Shown: positions 19,574 to 28,545 of the stretch, one piece after another
Layout: each line of letters begins with the position of its first letter
Position numbering within the stretch: the first letter of the stretch is position 1
DNA from: an uncultured Candidatus Saccharibacteria bacterium
Lineage (GTDB): Bacteria; Patescibacteriota; UBA1384; CAILIB01
DNA: 64,000 nucleotides
Assembly: GCA_964593885.1 (NCBI GenBank)
Contig: CAZQKK010000001.1
Coordinates: 233,929 to 297,928, forward strand
Direction of reading: 5' to 3'
Notes under the pieces: model-generated
The model's database searches: none
What the model saw: only the letters and a program-made list of their open reading frames with translations
What the model was told of the DNA's origin: nothing
Program-made: the position numbers and the translations under genes

Positions 19574-21182
19574 TCGTACACAACAACAGGATGGTTCATT
19601 TCCCTCTGAATCAAAAAATGATACATCACATACAAGAAAGCTACAGACCACTGTATTCTTTAATGCTGAGATACTTTACCAACTCAACCAGGTAGATGGG
19701 GTTGGATCATTGCATCTAACAAGAAAGCGATTATCAAATTTTGTTCTCACTCAAAGGGCACACGACGGATCCTTCAACTATTGGTGTAGGACACCCGAAA
19801 AACAACGGTTGCCAAATGACATAGACGACTCAGCTTGCGCCCTTCTAGCGCTTGTAGAAAGCCTTCCTGCGAATCAATCCGTAAGATTGGCATCTGCATT
19901 TATTAATCTTGTAAAAGCTCAGTACAACAGAGGAAAAATCTACACGTGGTTTGCTGGTGGAGTATTCAAAGAAGATTACGATATTGTAGTCCAGCTAAAC
20001 GTAAAAGCCGCGTTACTAAGTTTAGGTGTAAATTTTCCAATCTATAACCCAAAACAGTATTTACTCAATAACTGGCAAACTAAATCAAAGTACTATGTCG
20101 ACAAATTCTTCTCCTCTTACCTAGCAAATCGATCTGAAACGATTTTTGATAAGACAGCACTAATAGCTGAAGTAGCTCAACCTACCAGCTCTTGGAAACT
20201 TGCTATATCTCTAATTGTTCTCAAGCAAAAGCCGACTTTCCAGCAAATAGATTTTCTTCTCCATTCACAGCATTCTGATGGATCCTGGCTTGGCGATGAT
20301 GTAATTCTTGAAGGATATACGAATGAGGAAAGACAAACATATGCTAGCTCAAAAGTGCTTGCCACTGTTTTTATTATGAATATTCTTCAGAGATACATTA
20401 TTGATGGTGAAAACACAAAGCTAGCCAAGCTACTGCTTTCAGTGAACAGAATGGTACTCCCTATACCTGGTTCATTAGACTATTATCTCGTGACAACACC
20501 CCTATTAGTTATACGAAATTCAATAACTTCATTAAAGTATTCTGATTACACGAAACTTGTTTCCGCTTCACTTTCGGGGTTGTATGGCCTCCGCTGGCTC
20601 AATGCTTTTGTCGATAATAAGCGCATTGATATTAACCCTTGGGTGTCTGCTGAAAGTTTAATGCGGTATATTGAATATTTCTTGGCAAATAATACCCCAA
20701 AACAATTCAAAAAGTTCCTCGCCTCAAGCCTATACCACCAGTTTGTCCCACCCGATAAGTCAAGCTACTTACTGAAATACCAAAACAGCTACGAAAAGCG
20801 TGTAAAAATTGGCTACGCACTATCAGAAACTATTCCAAAAAGTTTTGGAGTACAAATTTCAAAACAGTTTGAAAAAATACTGGAGCTTACTCTTATTATC
20901 AGATCTATCTCTGATGATATCCTCGACCTAGAATCGGATATCAACAACAACATTGCTACTGGTGCTACTGCTCTTGCAAGTGATTACGGTATAAAAGGCG
21001 CTGTACAAATATCGTACGCACGCATAATTAAGCTTACTGAGAAAGTATACATGCTATTCTCTGCAAACCCTGAAGTAGCACCTTACGAATACCGTACTTT
21101 GCAAATACTAAAACATTCATATAAAAACGCAAAAACGCAGTATCTTTCTGAAAAAGTTGCGCGACTTCTTCGCCTAAGCTAG
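19425..21182 (+). CDS. Protein with prenyltransferase/squalene-cyclase-type alpha/alpha-toroid repeats (start uncertain)
   Basis: Repeats QQDGSFPSE, HDGSFNYW, DDSACALLAL, HSDGSWLGD. A DDILDLESD Asp-rich motif near the C-terminus. The ORF-track start overlaps the kinase 3' end by 149 nt in another frame; an internal Met at 19518 is possible. Confidence 0.4.
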   Translation: MFKKSYSTSFEEIFSQLPKATKQLSQLQLINMLTISLLQKSLRKATLYVNRTQQQDGSFPSESKNDTSHTRKLQTTVFFNAEILYQLNQVDGVGSLHLTRKRLSNFVLTQRAHDGSFNYWCRTPEKQRLPNDIDDSACALLALVESLPANQSVRLASAFINLVKAQYNRGKIYTWFAGGVFKEDYDIVVQLNVKAALLSLGVNFPIYNPKQYLLNNWQTKSKYYVDKFFSSYLANRSETIFDKTALIAEVAQPTSSWKLAISLIVLKQKPTFQQIDFLLHSQHSDGSWLGDDVILEGYTNEERQTYASSKVLATVFIMNILQRYIIDGENTKLAKLLLSVNRMVLPIPGSLDYYLVTTPLLVIRNSITSLKYSDYTKLVSASLSGLYGLRWLNAFVDNKRIDINPWVSAESLMRYIEYFLANNTPKQFKKFLASSLYHQFVPPDKSSYLLKYQNSYEKRVKIGYALSETIPKSFGVQISKQFEKILELTLIIRSISDDILDLESDINNNIATGATALASDYGIKGAVQISYARIIKLTEKVYMLFSANPEVAPYEYRTLQILKHSYKNAKTQYLSEKVARLLRLS

Positions 21183-21620
21183 ATTTTCAGTGTTTCTAAG
21201 CTTTACATCAAGATCTTGCATAATGGTCTTATCACCAAGTCTTGCTGCTAACGGCACGTAGTAGCTTAGTGTTTCAGCTATAATTCTTTTCTGCCTATTC
21301 AGTTCAAGGTGCGAAAGTGTTGAAAGGTTATGAATTCTGTCAGCCAACTTAACGTACGCAATGCGCTTATCATACTCAAAAAGAGTGCTGATTTTGTTTT
21401 GAGTTAACATATCAGCAACCTCCCTTTCCGCGTGTTCAACTTTTGTTGCACCATCAACCAGCATCGCCACTTCTTTACCGAATTGATACTCAATCTCCTC
21501 AAGTGTTCCTTCTGTATCCTCTACAACATCGTGTAATAGGGTGGCTACAACTGTATCTACTTCACAACCCCAGCAACACACTATCTCGGCCGCACTTACT
21601 AGGTGTGTCATATACGGCAC
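21174..21620 (-). CDS. Small HD-domain (p)ppGpp hydrolase (RelA/SpoT-type hydrolase domain only; SAH/Mesh1-like)
   Basis: LLHDVVEDT and KLADRIHNLSTL match RelA/SpoT HD-domain signature motifs. Confidence 0.7.
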   Translation of the reverse strand: MPYMTHLVSAAEIVCCWGCEVDTVVATLLHDVVEDTEGTLEEIEYQFGKEVAMLVDGATKVEHAEREVADMLTQNKISTLFEYDKRIAYVKLADRIHNLSTLSHLELNRQKRIIAETLSYYVPLAARLGDKTIMQDLDVKLRNTENLA

Positions 21621-21739
21621 CCCTTCTTGCCGCTTTTGATGACGGTGAACGTTGTTAGCATAATCTACCGCTCGTAAAATGCAGCTCTGCTCTGTAACTG
21701 AAAACCTTTCAAGGTAATGCTACTCTATTGTGAATAACA

Positions 21740-22219
21740 CTAGTACGCAACTACAAAAAATATAACGAGAAACGTACAAGCCAACACAAAGTTTGCGATG
21801 GTACCAGCAATTGCACCTGCCAATCCCGATAATCCAGCTTGTAAAGCATGGTGCATAGCTTTTATTTGCACTACCTCAGCAATGAATATCCCGAGGAATA
21901 GACCTATGAATGTCCCTACTAGCGGTAAAGCAAAGGTACCAATCAGCGAGCCAATAAATCCCCATAGTGCTGCCTGTTTTGTTGCACCACCAAACTTACT
22001 ACCAATGACCCCCGATGTATAGTCTATTACTAAGCTTACTAGGGCTATGGCAGCAAGCAGTAGTAACCAGCCAACTGTGAGACTTTGAAATTTTGTAAGG
22101 ATGGCATAGATAAGTGCAACAACAAACATGAATGGAATACCCGGAAAGATAGGGAGTAAGACGCCAATTAGTCCTATCCCCATCAGAACTATTACTAGAA
22201 TAGTAAGCACAATACTCAT
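21740..22219 (-). CDS. DUF456-like small polytopic membrane protein
   Basis: Start taken at the internal Met (MSIVLTILVIVLMGIGLIGVLLPIFPGIPF). Four TM helices. Confidence 0.45.
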   Translation of the reverse strand: MSIVLTILVIVLMGIGLIGVLLPIFPGIPFMFVVALIYAILTKFQSLTVGWLLLLAAIALVSLVIDYTSGVIGSKFGGATKQAALWGFIGSLIGTFALPLVGTFIGLFLGIFIAEVVQIKAMHHALQAGLSGLAGAIAGTIANFVLACTFLVIFFVVAY

Positions 22220-22227
22220 GCAAATTG

Positions 22228-23082
22228 TTATGCAGGTATTAGCTCTGGGCGAGATGCCGCACATCCATCGCAGCAAATAAAGTGAGGCCTACCTTCTTGT
22301 GAATCATCGTTCACAAATCTCTCACATTGCTGGTTGCAGTACTTACATCGCCCTACGATAGTATGTTTGGGGTCATCGATTTTAAAACCCATTACTACCC
22401 TCCTATCAAACACGTAGAGTTTGCCTTGAAAGTCTTCATTTGGGTACATCTCCATGTACGAAACAATTCCGCCAAAGAGCTGGTAAACCTCTCTAAACCC
22501 CCTCTTCAGAAGGTAGCCTGCTGCTTTTTCACACCTTACTCCCCCAGTACAAACTGTAACAACTGTTCGATCCTTTAGACTCATCAACTTATCAACTGCA
22601 CTAGGTAGATCACGAAAATTTTTGCACTCAGGAAGAACTGAGTTATTAAACCTCCCCGCGTCATGTTCGTAGGTATTCCGCATATCTATAATCACGAAGT
22701 CCTTACCCGATTCAATCCAACTCTTTAGCTCTGCTGGTTGAATGTAGGGTGCGGTAAAGGTTGCAGGGTTAAAATCTTCATCACCTAGATGGGCGCTTAC
22801 AATTTCGCTACGTAGTTTCACTGAAAGCTTTGGAAACGCATTGCCTGTACCCACACTCCGTTTCATGTGTATTTGAGAGAAGCGCGGGTCGCTCATTAAC
22901 AGAGCAACATACTTCTCCGTATTCTCAACAGTCCCCTCAAGCGTACCATTCAAGCCCTCCTCAGCGATAATGAGCCGACCGGTTAAACCCAGTTCTTTGC
23001 ACAGGTTCTTTTGCGCAACAACCAGTTCAGCTGCATCAGGGAGCACGCCATAGTAGTAGTAGAGCAGCACTTGGTAATTCAT
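22228..23082 (-). CDS. trhO: Rhodanese-domain tRNA uridine(34) hydroxylase TrhO (YceA/UPF0176) with extra C-terminal Cys-rich tail
   Basis: UPF0176 N-domain, rhodanese active-site CTGGVRCEKA, C-terminal CKYCN..CCDGC. Confidence 0.75.
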   Translation of the reverse strand: MNYQVLLYYYYGVLPDAAELVVAQKNLCKELGLTGRLIIAEEGLNGTLEGTVENTEKYVALLMSDPRFSQIHMKRSVGTGNAFPKLSVKLRSEIVSAHLGDEDFNPATFTAPYIQPAELKSWIESGKDFVIIDMRNTYEHDAGRFNNSVLPECKNFRDLPSAVDKLMSLKDRTVVTVCTGGVRCEKAAGYLLKRGFREVYQLFGGIVSYMEMYPNEDFQGKLYVFDRRVVMGFKIDDPKHTIVGRCKYCNQQCERFVNDDSQEGRPHFICCDGCAASRPELIPA

Positions 23083-23165
23083 GTGTTGCCATCTTGCCAG
23101 ATTTGGGAGATATTTTCAATCGAGAGCAGTGGGACAGTTGAAAAACATCGTGATAGAATAGCGGC

Positions 23166-23906
23166 ATGAAAACACAAACTACACTAGCTGACGGGAAAAT
23201 CATTGCACTTGGCATAGTGGTACTGTTGGTTTGCGGGACAGTTTTCTGGAAACCTTGGATAACTACTTCAACTAAAACATTTGAGGTCATTGCTGAAGGT
23301 ACGGTAAAAGCCCTGCCTGATGAGTATACGTTTAATCCGGCCTACCAAGAGTCAGGAGACACCACCCTACAGGCAACCGAGAAAGTTAGTGAAAAAGGTA
23401 ATACGGTAGTTGCAAAACTAAAGGAGCTTGGCGTCTCAACAGATGATATTACGACGAGTGTCTCTGTATACCAGAACTACTCCCCAGGCTACGGAAGTGG
23501 TCCGTTCATAGCCACCTTTACCATTGCGGCATCGGTACCAGACCAGGTACTTGCCGAAAAGGTAACCACCTACATCGCAACCACAGGCGCAACAAGTTCA
23601 GTTACCCCCCAGGCAACCTTCAAAGAAGAGACGCGAGCAAAGTTGGAACTTGAGGCAAGAAAAAAGTCTCTAGACGCCGCAAAAGCTAAGGCTGAACAGA
23701 CAGCAAGTGCAATGGGTGTGCGTTTAGGAAAAATTACAAAAATTGCTGATGCAAGTAGCAGTTTCCCCGTTCCGTACCCTATGTATGCAACGTCTCTAGA
23801 AGCTGGCAAAGCCACAGATAGTGCCGCACCCAGCAATACCACCACCCTTCAAACCGGTAAGCAAGAGATACACTACTCTGTCACGGTTACATACCGCTAC
23901 TACTAG
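23166..23906 (+). CDS. SIMPL/DUF541 (BP26-like) periplasmic/secreted protein
   Basis: N-terminal TM/signal, DUF541-like repeats, C-terminal VTVTYRYY. Confidence 0.6.
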   Translation: MKTQTTLADGKIIALGIVVLLVCGTVFWKPWITTSTKTFEVIAEGTVKALPDEYTFNPAYQESGDTTLQATEKVSEKGNTVVAKLKELGVSTDDITTSVSVYQNYSPGYGSGPFIATFTIAASVPDQVLAEKVTTYIATTGATSSVTPQATFKEETRAKLELEARKKSLDAAKAKAEQTASAMGVRLGKITKIADASSSFPVPYPMYATSLEAGKATDSAAPSNTTTLQTGKQEIHYSVTVTYRYY

Positions 23907-23952
23907 GCAAATAAAAAAAGACCCTCGTAGGATCTTCGTAACGCAAAGCGAC

Positions 23953-24423
23953 CTAAGCCGATTTGTTACAGACCACGCCAAAGGCGTGATCGATGACTTC
24001 GAATGCTTCCCCCAAGCTTGCCGGAAACCGGCGCGCAATGATCGCGTGACCAGCAGCAATCCTCTCATAGAGCGCTGTTAGGTTCACCTCCTCAGCCTGG
24101 GTGAAACCCTCACTCCTCTTGCTCTTGTTCATCTGGGCAACTTTTTTCTCGAAGTCACTCACCAGAAGGTGAATTAAGAGGATGTCTCCCTCTTCGCAAG
24201 CAACAGTGAAGTTGCTTTCAGGTCGCGGAGCATCTTCTTGCCCGAGGAACTCAGCAACCATCCGGTCTCGCGCTAGCTCAGCGGTGCTGATCCGTGCATC
24301 AGGATTACTCCCAAGCCTCCCTCTAGGAGAGGTAACAACCATGAGAGCCGCCGCAATGAGGCCCTCCACATCAAGTTTTAAATCAGTCGACATAATTCTC
24401 CACAACCATAGCACCATTGCCAT
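23953..24423 (-). CDS. Hypothetical protein
   Basis: 156-aa ORF with no recognisable motif. Start may be the internal MSTDLK. Confidence 0.3.
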   Translation of the reverse strand: MAMVLWLWRIMSTDLKLDVEGLIAAALMVVTSPRGRLGSNPDARISTAELARDRMVAEFLGQEDAPRPESNFTVACEEGDILLIHLLVSDFEKKVAQMNKSKRSEGFTQAEEVNLTALYERIAAGHAIIARRFPASLGEAFEVIDHAFGVVCNKSA

Positions 24424-24471
24424 AGTTGAACTTCCAATTTTTACCAGATTACGGACATTCTTTCAAGTCCT

Positions 24472-25080
24472 TTGCAAAATCGTTACTATCGCTATCCTGA
24501 AAGTATGGTAGGTAAACAAGGTAAGTTGGTGCTGTACGTTGGACCAATGAAATCAGGGAAAACTGGTCGACTCCTTTCTGACGTCGGCCCACTCGAGCAC
24601 TCTTCCGTAATCCCCTACACGGTGATACAGCCAGAGAAAAATGTGAGAGATGGTCGCCTTCTCAAATCCAGGAGCGGTAGTCAGCTTGGGAGCAACATCC
24701 TTTTCGTGAGTGAAATGCCCCCCTTTGAGGCTCTCGGCGATAACCAACTCGTAGCAATTGAAGAATTCCACTTCTTTGGCCAAGAAATGGTTGATGTTAT
24801 CGAGAAACTTCTCAAACACGGTGTAGATGTATGTGCAGCTGGACTGGATATGGACTACAGGGGCGAGCAAACATCTCGTTACCATGACTTACTCCAACTA
24901 GCGCCACATAAGGTTATCTACTGCAGAGCAGTCTGCATGGAATGCGGTGTTTACAACGCTCAGTACACCCAGATTTACAAATCTGGTGAGCCAATGTTGG
25001 AAGGACTCCCACAGGTTCTCCCTGAAGACGGCACTTTCGTGTACAAGCCAGTTTGCAGGCACTGCTTCAAGCGTTCCTAA
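24472..25080 (+). CDS. tdk: Thymidine kinase
   Basis: GKLVLYVGPMKSGKTGRLL P-loop, C-terminal zinc-binding Cys pairs (CMECG..CRHCF). True start probably the Met at 24505. Confidence 0.8.
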   Translation: MQNRYYRYPESMVGKQGKLVLYVGPMKSGKTGRLLSDVGPLEHSSVIPYTVIQPEKNVRDGRLLKSRSGSQLGSNILFVSEMPPFEALGDNQLVAIEEFHFFGQEMVDVIEKLLKHGVDVCAAGLDMDYRGEQTSRYHDLLQLAPHKVIYCRAVCMECGVYNAQYTQIYKSGEPMLEGLPQVLPEDGTFVYKPVCRHCFKRS

Positions 25081-25102
25081 CCAGCTATCTAGCTGGTTTT
25101 TT
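25081..25102 (+). terminator. Rho-independent terminator after tdk
   Basis: CCAGCTatctAGCTGG hairpin followed by TTTTTT. Confidence 0.6.
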
Positions 25103-25117
25103 GGTATACTCACCGTG

Positions 25118-26017
25118 ATGCTAAGTCTCCCCAACCTCCAAACAAACGTAGTTGTAGCACCCTTCACCACGTACAGAATTGGTGGACCTGCAGACTACTT
25201 CATCGAGGTTACTACCTCACAGCAGCTTCGTGAGGCAGTACTTGCTGCGCGAGAAGCCAGCATCCCCTACTTCATCCTGGGCACTGGGGCAAATATCTTG
25301 ATGAGTGATAAGGGATTTAGGGGATTGGTGATTAAAAATAATGCAGAACACGCGCATATTGATGGAACTACCGTTTGTGCAGAGAGTGGCGCAACCATCG
25401 CACAGCTCATTGAGCTCACTGCAAACCTTGGCCTTTCAGGTTTTGAACACTACGCGGGTATTCCCAGTACAGTTGGGGGAGCAATCTGGCAAAATCTCCA
25501 CTTCCTTTCACCAGATCGGCAGAGTACAAAGTTTATCCAGGAGATTGTTTTTGAAGCTGAGGTCCTCCTAGAAAATGGCTCCACTGAGACGGTGGGAGTA
25601 GATTTTTTCCAGTTTGGCTACGATGAAAGCAGACTCCACCACGAGGAAATTATCGTGCTCACCGTCTGCTTCAACCTAACACGTGCGCCAGAATCAGATA
25701 TTCGCCACCAGGTGAGTGAAAATCTTAAGTGGAGATGGGAAAAGCAGCCGCAGCTTGAGGAGTTTCCGTCCTGTGGGTCAGTATTCAAGAAGATAGAAGG
25801 GGTAGGCGCCGGTAGGCTCATTGAGCAAGTTGGCCTCAAGGGTCATCAAATTGGTGGCATTCAGAGCTCGCCTCAGCATGCCAACTTCCTGGTAAACCTG
25901 GGTGGTGGAACCGCAGCAGATGTCCGAAGTCTCATTAGCCTCATTCAAGAAACGGTACGAGAAAAAACAGGCTACTTCCTTGAAACAGAAATACGGATGG
26001 TAGGTGAGTGGGATTAG
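25118..26017 (+). CDS. murB: UDP-N-acetylenolpyruvoylglucosamine reductase
   Basis: FAD-binding N-terminus YRIGGPADYF..ILGTGANIL. C-terminal GSVFKK..AGRLIEQVGLKGHQIGG..SPQHANFLVN. Start set at the Met after the tdk terminator; the track ORF from 24947 overlaps tdk. Confidence 0.85.
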   Translation: MLSLPNLQTNVVVAPFTTYRIGGPADYFIEVTTSQQLREAVLAAREASIPYFILGTGANILMSDKGFRGLVIKNNAEHAHIDGTTVCAESGATIAQLIELTANLGLSGFEHYAGIPSTVGGAIWQNLHFLSPDRQSTKFIQEIVFEAEVLLENGSTETVGVDFFQFGYDESRLHHEEIIVLTVCFNLTRAPESDIRHQVSENLKWRWEKQPQLEEFPSCGSVFKKIEGVGAGRLIEQVGLKGHQIGGIQSSPQHANFLVNLGGGTAADVRSLISLIQETVREKTGYFLETEIRMVGEWD

Positions 26018-26508
26018 CTACAAGAGTTAACTCCCATTGATCCCCCGCCAAGTACGCATAGCTTCTGTACCAGGTCTTTGAGTGATAGCCCCTCAAGATC
26101 ACACCTTTCAACGCGCGCGATGAGCAGTCCTTCAAGGATGTGCTTTGCCTTTCTGCCATCTTCCTTACGTAGGTTGCTAATGCTCGTCCAGATGCCACCT
26201 GGCCCTGAAACAAGCACCCTCAGTGTTGCGTACAGAGGTGTAGTCTCAAGGTCGATATCCCTAATTTCATCGAGCATGATGGTGTGCTCGGTGGTTACCC
26301 CCAGAAACTGCCGAGAATAAATGGTCAACTTACTCATATCAATCACCAACTTGTCTGGCCAGAGATCAAGTGGGAAGATTGATCGGATTTGGAGAAGTAC
26401 CAGGTGCGAACGGACAATGAGGCTCTCAAGTGCCTGCCCCGCTCGGTCTTGAATGCCACGTATGACCTCTGTTTGCATTGGGTATTGTGTCTCGAGTGTT
26501 CGATTCAT
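26014..26508 (-). CDS. Hypothetical protein
   Basis: 164-aa ORF, 4-nt overlap with the murB stop, no recognisable motif. Confidence 0.3.
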   Translation of the reverse strand: MNRTLETQYPMQTEVIRGIQDRAGQALESLIVRSHLVLLQIRSIFPLDLWPDKLVIDMSKLTIYSRQFLGVTTEHTIMLDEIRDIDLETTPLYATLRVLVSGPGGIWTSISNLRKEDGRKAKHILEGLLIARVERCDLEGLSLKDLVQKLCVLGGGSMGVNSCS

Positions 26509-26679
26509 GGCGTAGTGTTACGCAGATGAACTACGGTATCTCTAGATCCTCAATAGCCGGCCAAAAGGTTTTGTGGGTATAGATAGTTGAAAAATATTCT
26601 TCTACTAGAAAATAGTCAACACACCCAAAAAATTATCCACAGGAATACTCGCTCTGGTAGTCAATAATTGCCGAAATAT

Positions 26680-27048
26680 CTACTCTTGCACGGTCCTACA
26701 CGTCACTGCTGAGAACTTAGTAGCCCTATCCTCAAGAGGAACAGTGTAGCTCTGCTCTGTCACTTTGGCATCACTAGCTACCCGGAAGCACCGAGCGCTA
26801 ATAATGGGCCTCCCTGATCCATTCTGAACGTAAGCAACGTACCAATCAGTCCCAACCCTCTCAATTGTTATGGAACGCGGAACCAATCCTCCACCTGTAG
26901 AAAGCAACTCAGGGTACTTCCCTTGCAGGTAGGCCGTCACCTCGTTAGCTGTTGCAAACCCATGCGTCTTTGGCTTTGTTGAAACGAGTAGCGCAACAAG
27001 TAGCACTACACAACCAGCAATAATGAGAACTCCCCTAGGCAGCTTCAT
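26680..27048 (-). CDS. Secreted hypothetical protein
   Basis: Signal peptide MKLPRGVLIIAGCVVLLVALLV. ATGA overlap with the upstream gene. Confidence 0.35.
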   Translation of the reverse strand: MKLPRGVLIIAGCVVLLVALLVSTKPKTHGFATANEVTAYLQGKYPELLSTGGGLVPRSITIERVGTDWYVAYVQNGSGRPIISARCFRVASDAKVTEQSYTVPLEDRATKFSAVTCRTVQE

Positions 27049-27485
27049 TGTAAGCTGTCGTTCGTTTCTTCAATAATCAAGACAGGGTGTTTCTGGTAGT
27101 CACTAAACCGCCACCATGTTGGAGTAAACCTCAGGTAGGCAGTGTCAGGACCATCGTGAGAAGCGGCATCAGGATTCTTTGCATAGTGCACTTGCTTGAA
27201 ATCTGCCACCTCGTCTGTATCCTTTACCATCTCAAGGAAGCCGTGTACCTGCATTGTTTTCCATTCCACTTCACTCGTGCCAACCGTCAGTGAAGCGAGC
27301 ACCTTCTCTGTCGTAGCAAAAGGTGAACACTTTACGCTATCGCTACCGGTTTGCACGTAGATGCAGAAGGGCTCATCCCTCTGTGAGTAGTGGACGGCCG
27401 CGGTATGCGGAGTACCATCAGAGAGATTTACACCTAGTACTCCAACCCTATTTGCAGCGAGGTAGCTCTGTAGCTCAGCTTTCAT
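27045..27485 (-). CDS. Pyridoxamine 5'-phosphate oxidase-like FMN-binding split-barrel protein
   Basis: N-terminal ..NRVGVLGV..DGTPHTAAVHY.. pattern typical of the PNPOx-like / general stress protein 26 family. Confidence 0.5.
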   Translation of the reverse strand: MKAELQSYLAANRVGVLGVNLSDGTPHTAAVHYSQRDEPFCIYVQTGSDSVKCSPFATTEKVLASLTVGTSEVEWKTMQVHGFLEMVKDTDEVADFKQVHYAKNPDAASHDGPDTAYLRFTPTWWRFSDYQKHPVLIIEETNDSLQ

Positions 27486-27589
27486 GGGAACATCTTACAA
27501 GTTCAGTGGTACCCAAAGTATACACCAGACCTCATTGCCCCTCTACGCACAAGGGATATACTTGGAGTACCTAGACGTAACACAAAGAC

Positions 27590-27859
27590 ATGGCAAAACA
27601 GTGTCAGAGTTGCGGAATGCCACTTCAGTCAAAGAAAGCTGGTGACTGTCGGGGTAGCGAAAGTGATGGTAGCAAGAGCGAGAAGTGGTGTAAGCTCTGC
27701 TACGAAAACGGCAGCTTTATTGGGGGTGATTGTACGTTAGAGGAGATGAAGGAGATTGTTGATAAGGCACTCATTGAAAATGGGAGTGGCAAGATCATGC
27801 GCTGGCTAGCACAAATGCAGCTTCCCCACCTTGAGCGTTGGAAGGGTAAAGGAAAGTAA
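27590..27859 (+). CDS. Zinc-ribbon domain small protein
   Basis: CQSCG..16 aa..CKLCY four-Cys ribbon at the N-terminus. Confidence 0.4.
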   Translation: MAKQCQSCGMPLQSKKAGDCRGSESDGSKSEKWCKLCYENGSFIGGDCTLEEMKEIVDKALIENGSGKIMRWLAQMQLPHLERWKGKGK

Positions 27860-27861
27860 CT

Positions 27862-27937
27862 GGTCCTCGTCCCCAGATAGTACCCAACGAAAAAACCCAG
27901 CACATGCTGGGCATTTTCGTTGGCTCCCCCGGCTGGA
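27862..27937. repeat. Direct repeat copy 1 (76 bp): duplicate of the tRNA-Asn 3' end plus its terminator hairpin
   Basis: Identical to 27986-28061. Contains TCCAGCCGGGGGAGCCA (tRNA 3' end, minus strand) and the CCCAGCATGTGCTGGG hairpin. Confidence 0.8.
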
Positions 27938-27985
27938 CACGCTACATCAGACAGCGTCGCTCACTGAAGGGTTCGCGAACGGACC

Positions 27986-28061
27986 GGTCCTCGTCCCCAG
28001 ATAGTACCCAACGAAAAAACCCAGCACATGCTGGGCATTTTCGTTGGCTCCCCCGGCTGGA
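27986..28061. repeat. Direct repeat copy 2 (76 bp), overlapping the genuine 3' end of tRNA-Asn and its terminator
   Basis: Perfect match to 27862-27937; the copies are separated by 48 bp. Confidence 0.8.
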
Positions 28062-28120
28062 CTCGGACCAGCGACATCCTCGTTAACAGCGAGGCGCTCT
28101 ACCAACTGAGCTACAGGGGA
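28045..28120 (-). tRNA. tRNA-Asn(GUU): tRNA-Asn (anticodon GUU)
   Basis: Reverse complement: TCCCCTG-TA-GCTCAGTTGGTAGAGC-G-CCTCG-CTGTTAA-CGAGG-ATGTC-GCTGGTCCGAGTCCAGC-CGGGGGA-G-CCA. Confidence 0.8.
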
Positions 28121-28167
28121 TCATCAGATTTTGTACCCCAATACAGTAGCAAGAACGCACGTCACTT

Positions 28168-28509
28168 TCAACCTTTAGTACTCAAGAGAACAAAGGCCAC
28201 TACAGCAAGGGTCATACCGAGAAGCTGGAGCAAACTAAGCTTCTCATCAAAGATTACCACACCAATTACCGTGGTAATTACCGTTCCTGCAAGGAGAAAT
28301 ATCGCTCCCGCTATTGCTAGTGAACCCTTGTGGAGCACTAATGGAAGCCAGAATAGCCCGCAGATTGCGTATGCAAGCACAACAGCTGTTATGAGCATGC
28401 CACTCGGGTGGTTTGCCCAGAGCTTTGAGAGGTACTCACCAACTGCGTAGAAGCTGCACGAAAAGGTGAGCCAAAACCAAAAAGGAAGTGCCAGGGCAAG
28501 TGTGCGCAT
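28168..28509 (-). CDS. Small multidrug resistance (SMR/DMT-superfamily)-like four-TM protein
   Basis: 113 aa, four TM helices, conserved-looking membrane-embedded Glu in TM1 (AVGEYLSKL). Confidence 0.45.
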   Translation of the reverse strand: MRTLALALPFWFWLTFSCSFYAVGEYLSKLWANHPSGMLITAVVLAYAICGLFWLPLVLHKGSLAIAGAIFLLAGTVITTVIGVVIFDEKLSLLQLLGMTLAVVAFVLLSTKG

Positions 28510-28545
28510 ACCTCATGCTACCAAGTGAGGTGGTAAAATACAGCC

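Noticed and set aside
27862-28061. Possibility that the 76-bp repeats are a CRISPR array
   Set aside because: Only two copies. The repeat contains a tRNA 3' end and a terminator. There are no spacer periodicity or cas genes anywhere in the window.
27904-28450. ORFs 27904-28086 and 28028-28450 (both starting MLGIFVGSPGWTR)
   Set aside because: They are translations of the 76-bp direct repeat and of tRNA-Asn on the opposite strand. The identical N-termini simply reflect the DNA repeat.
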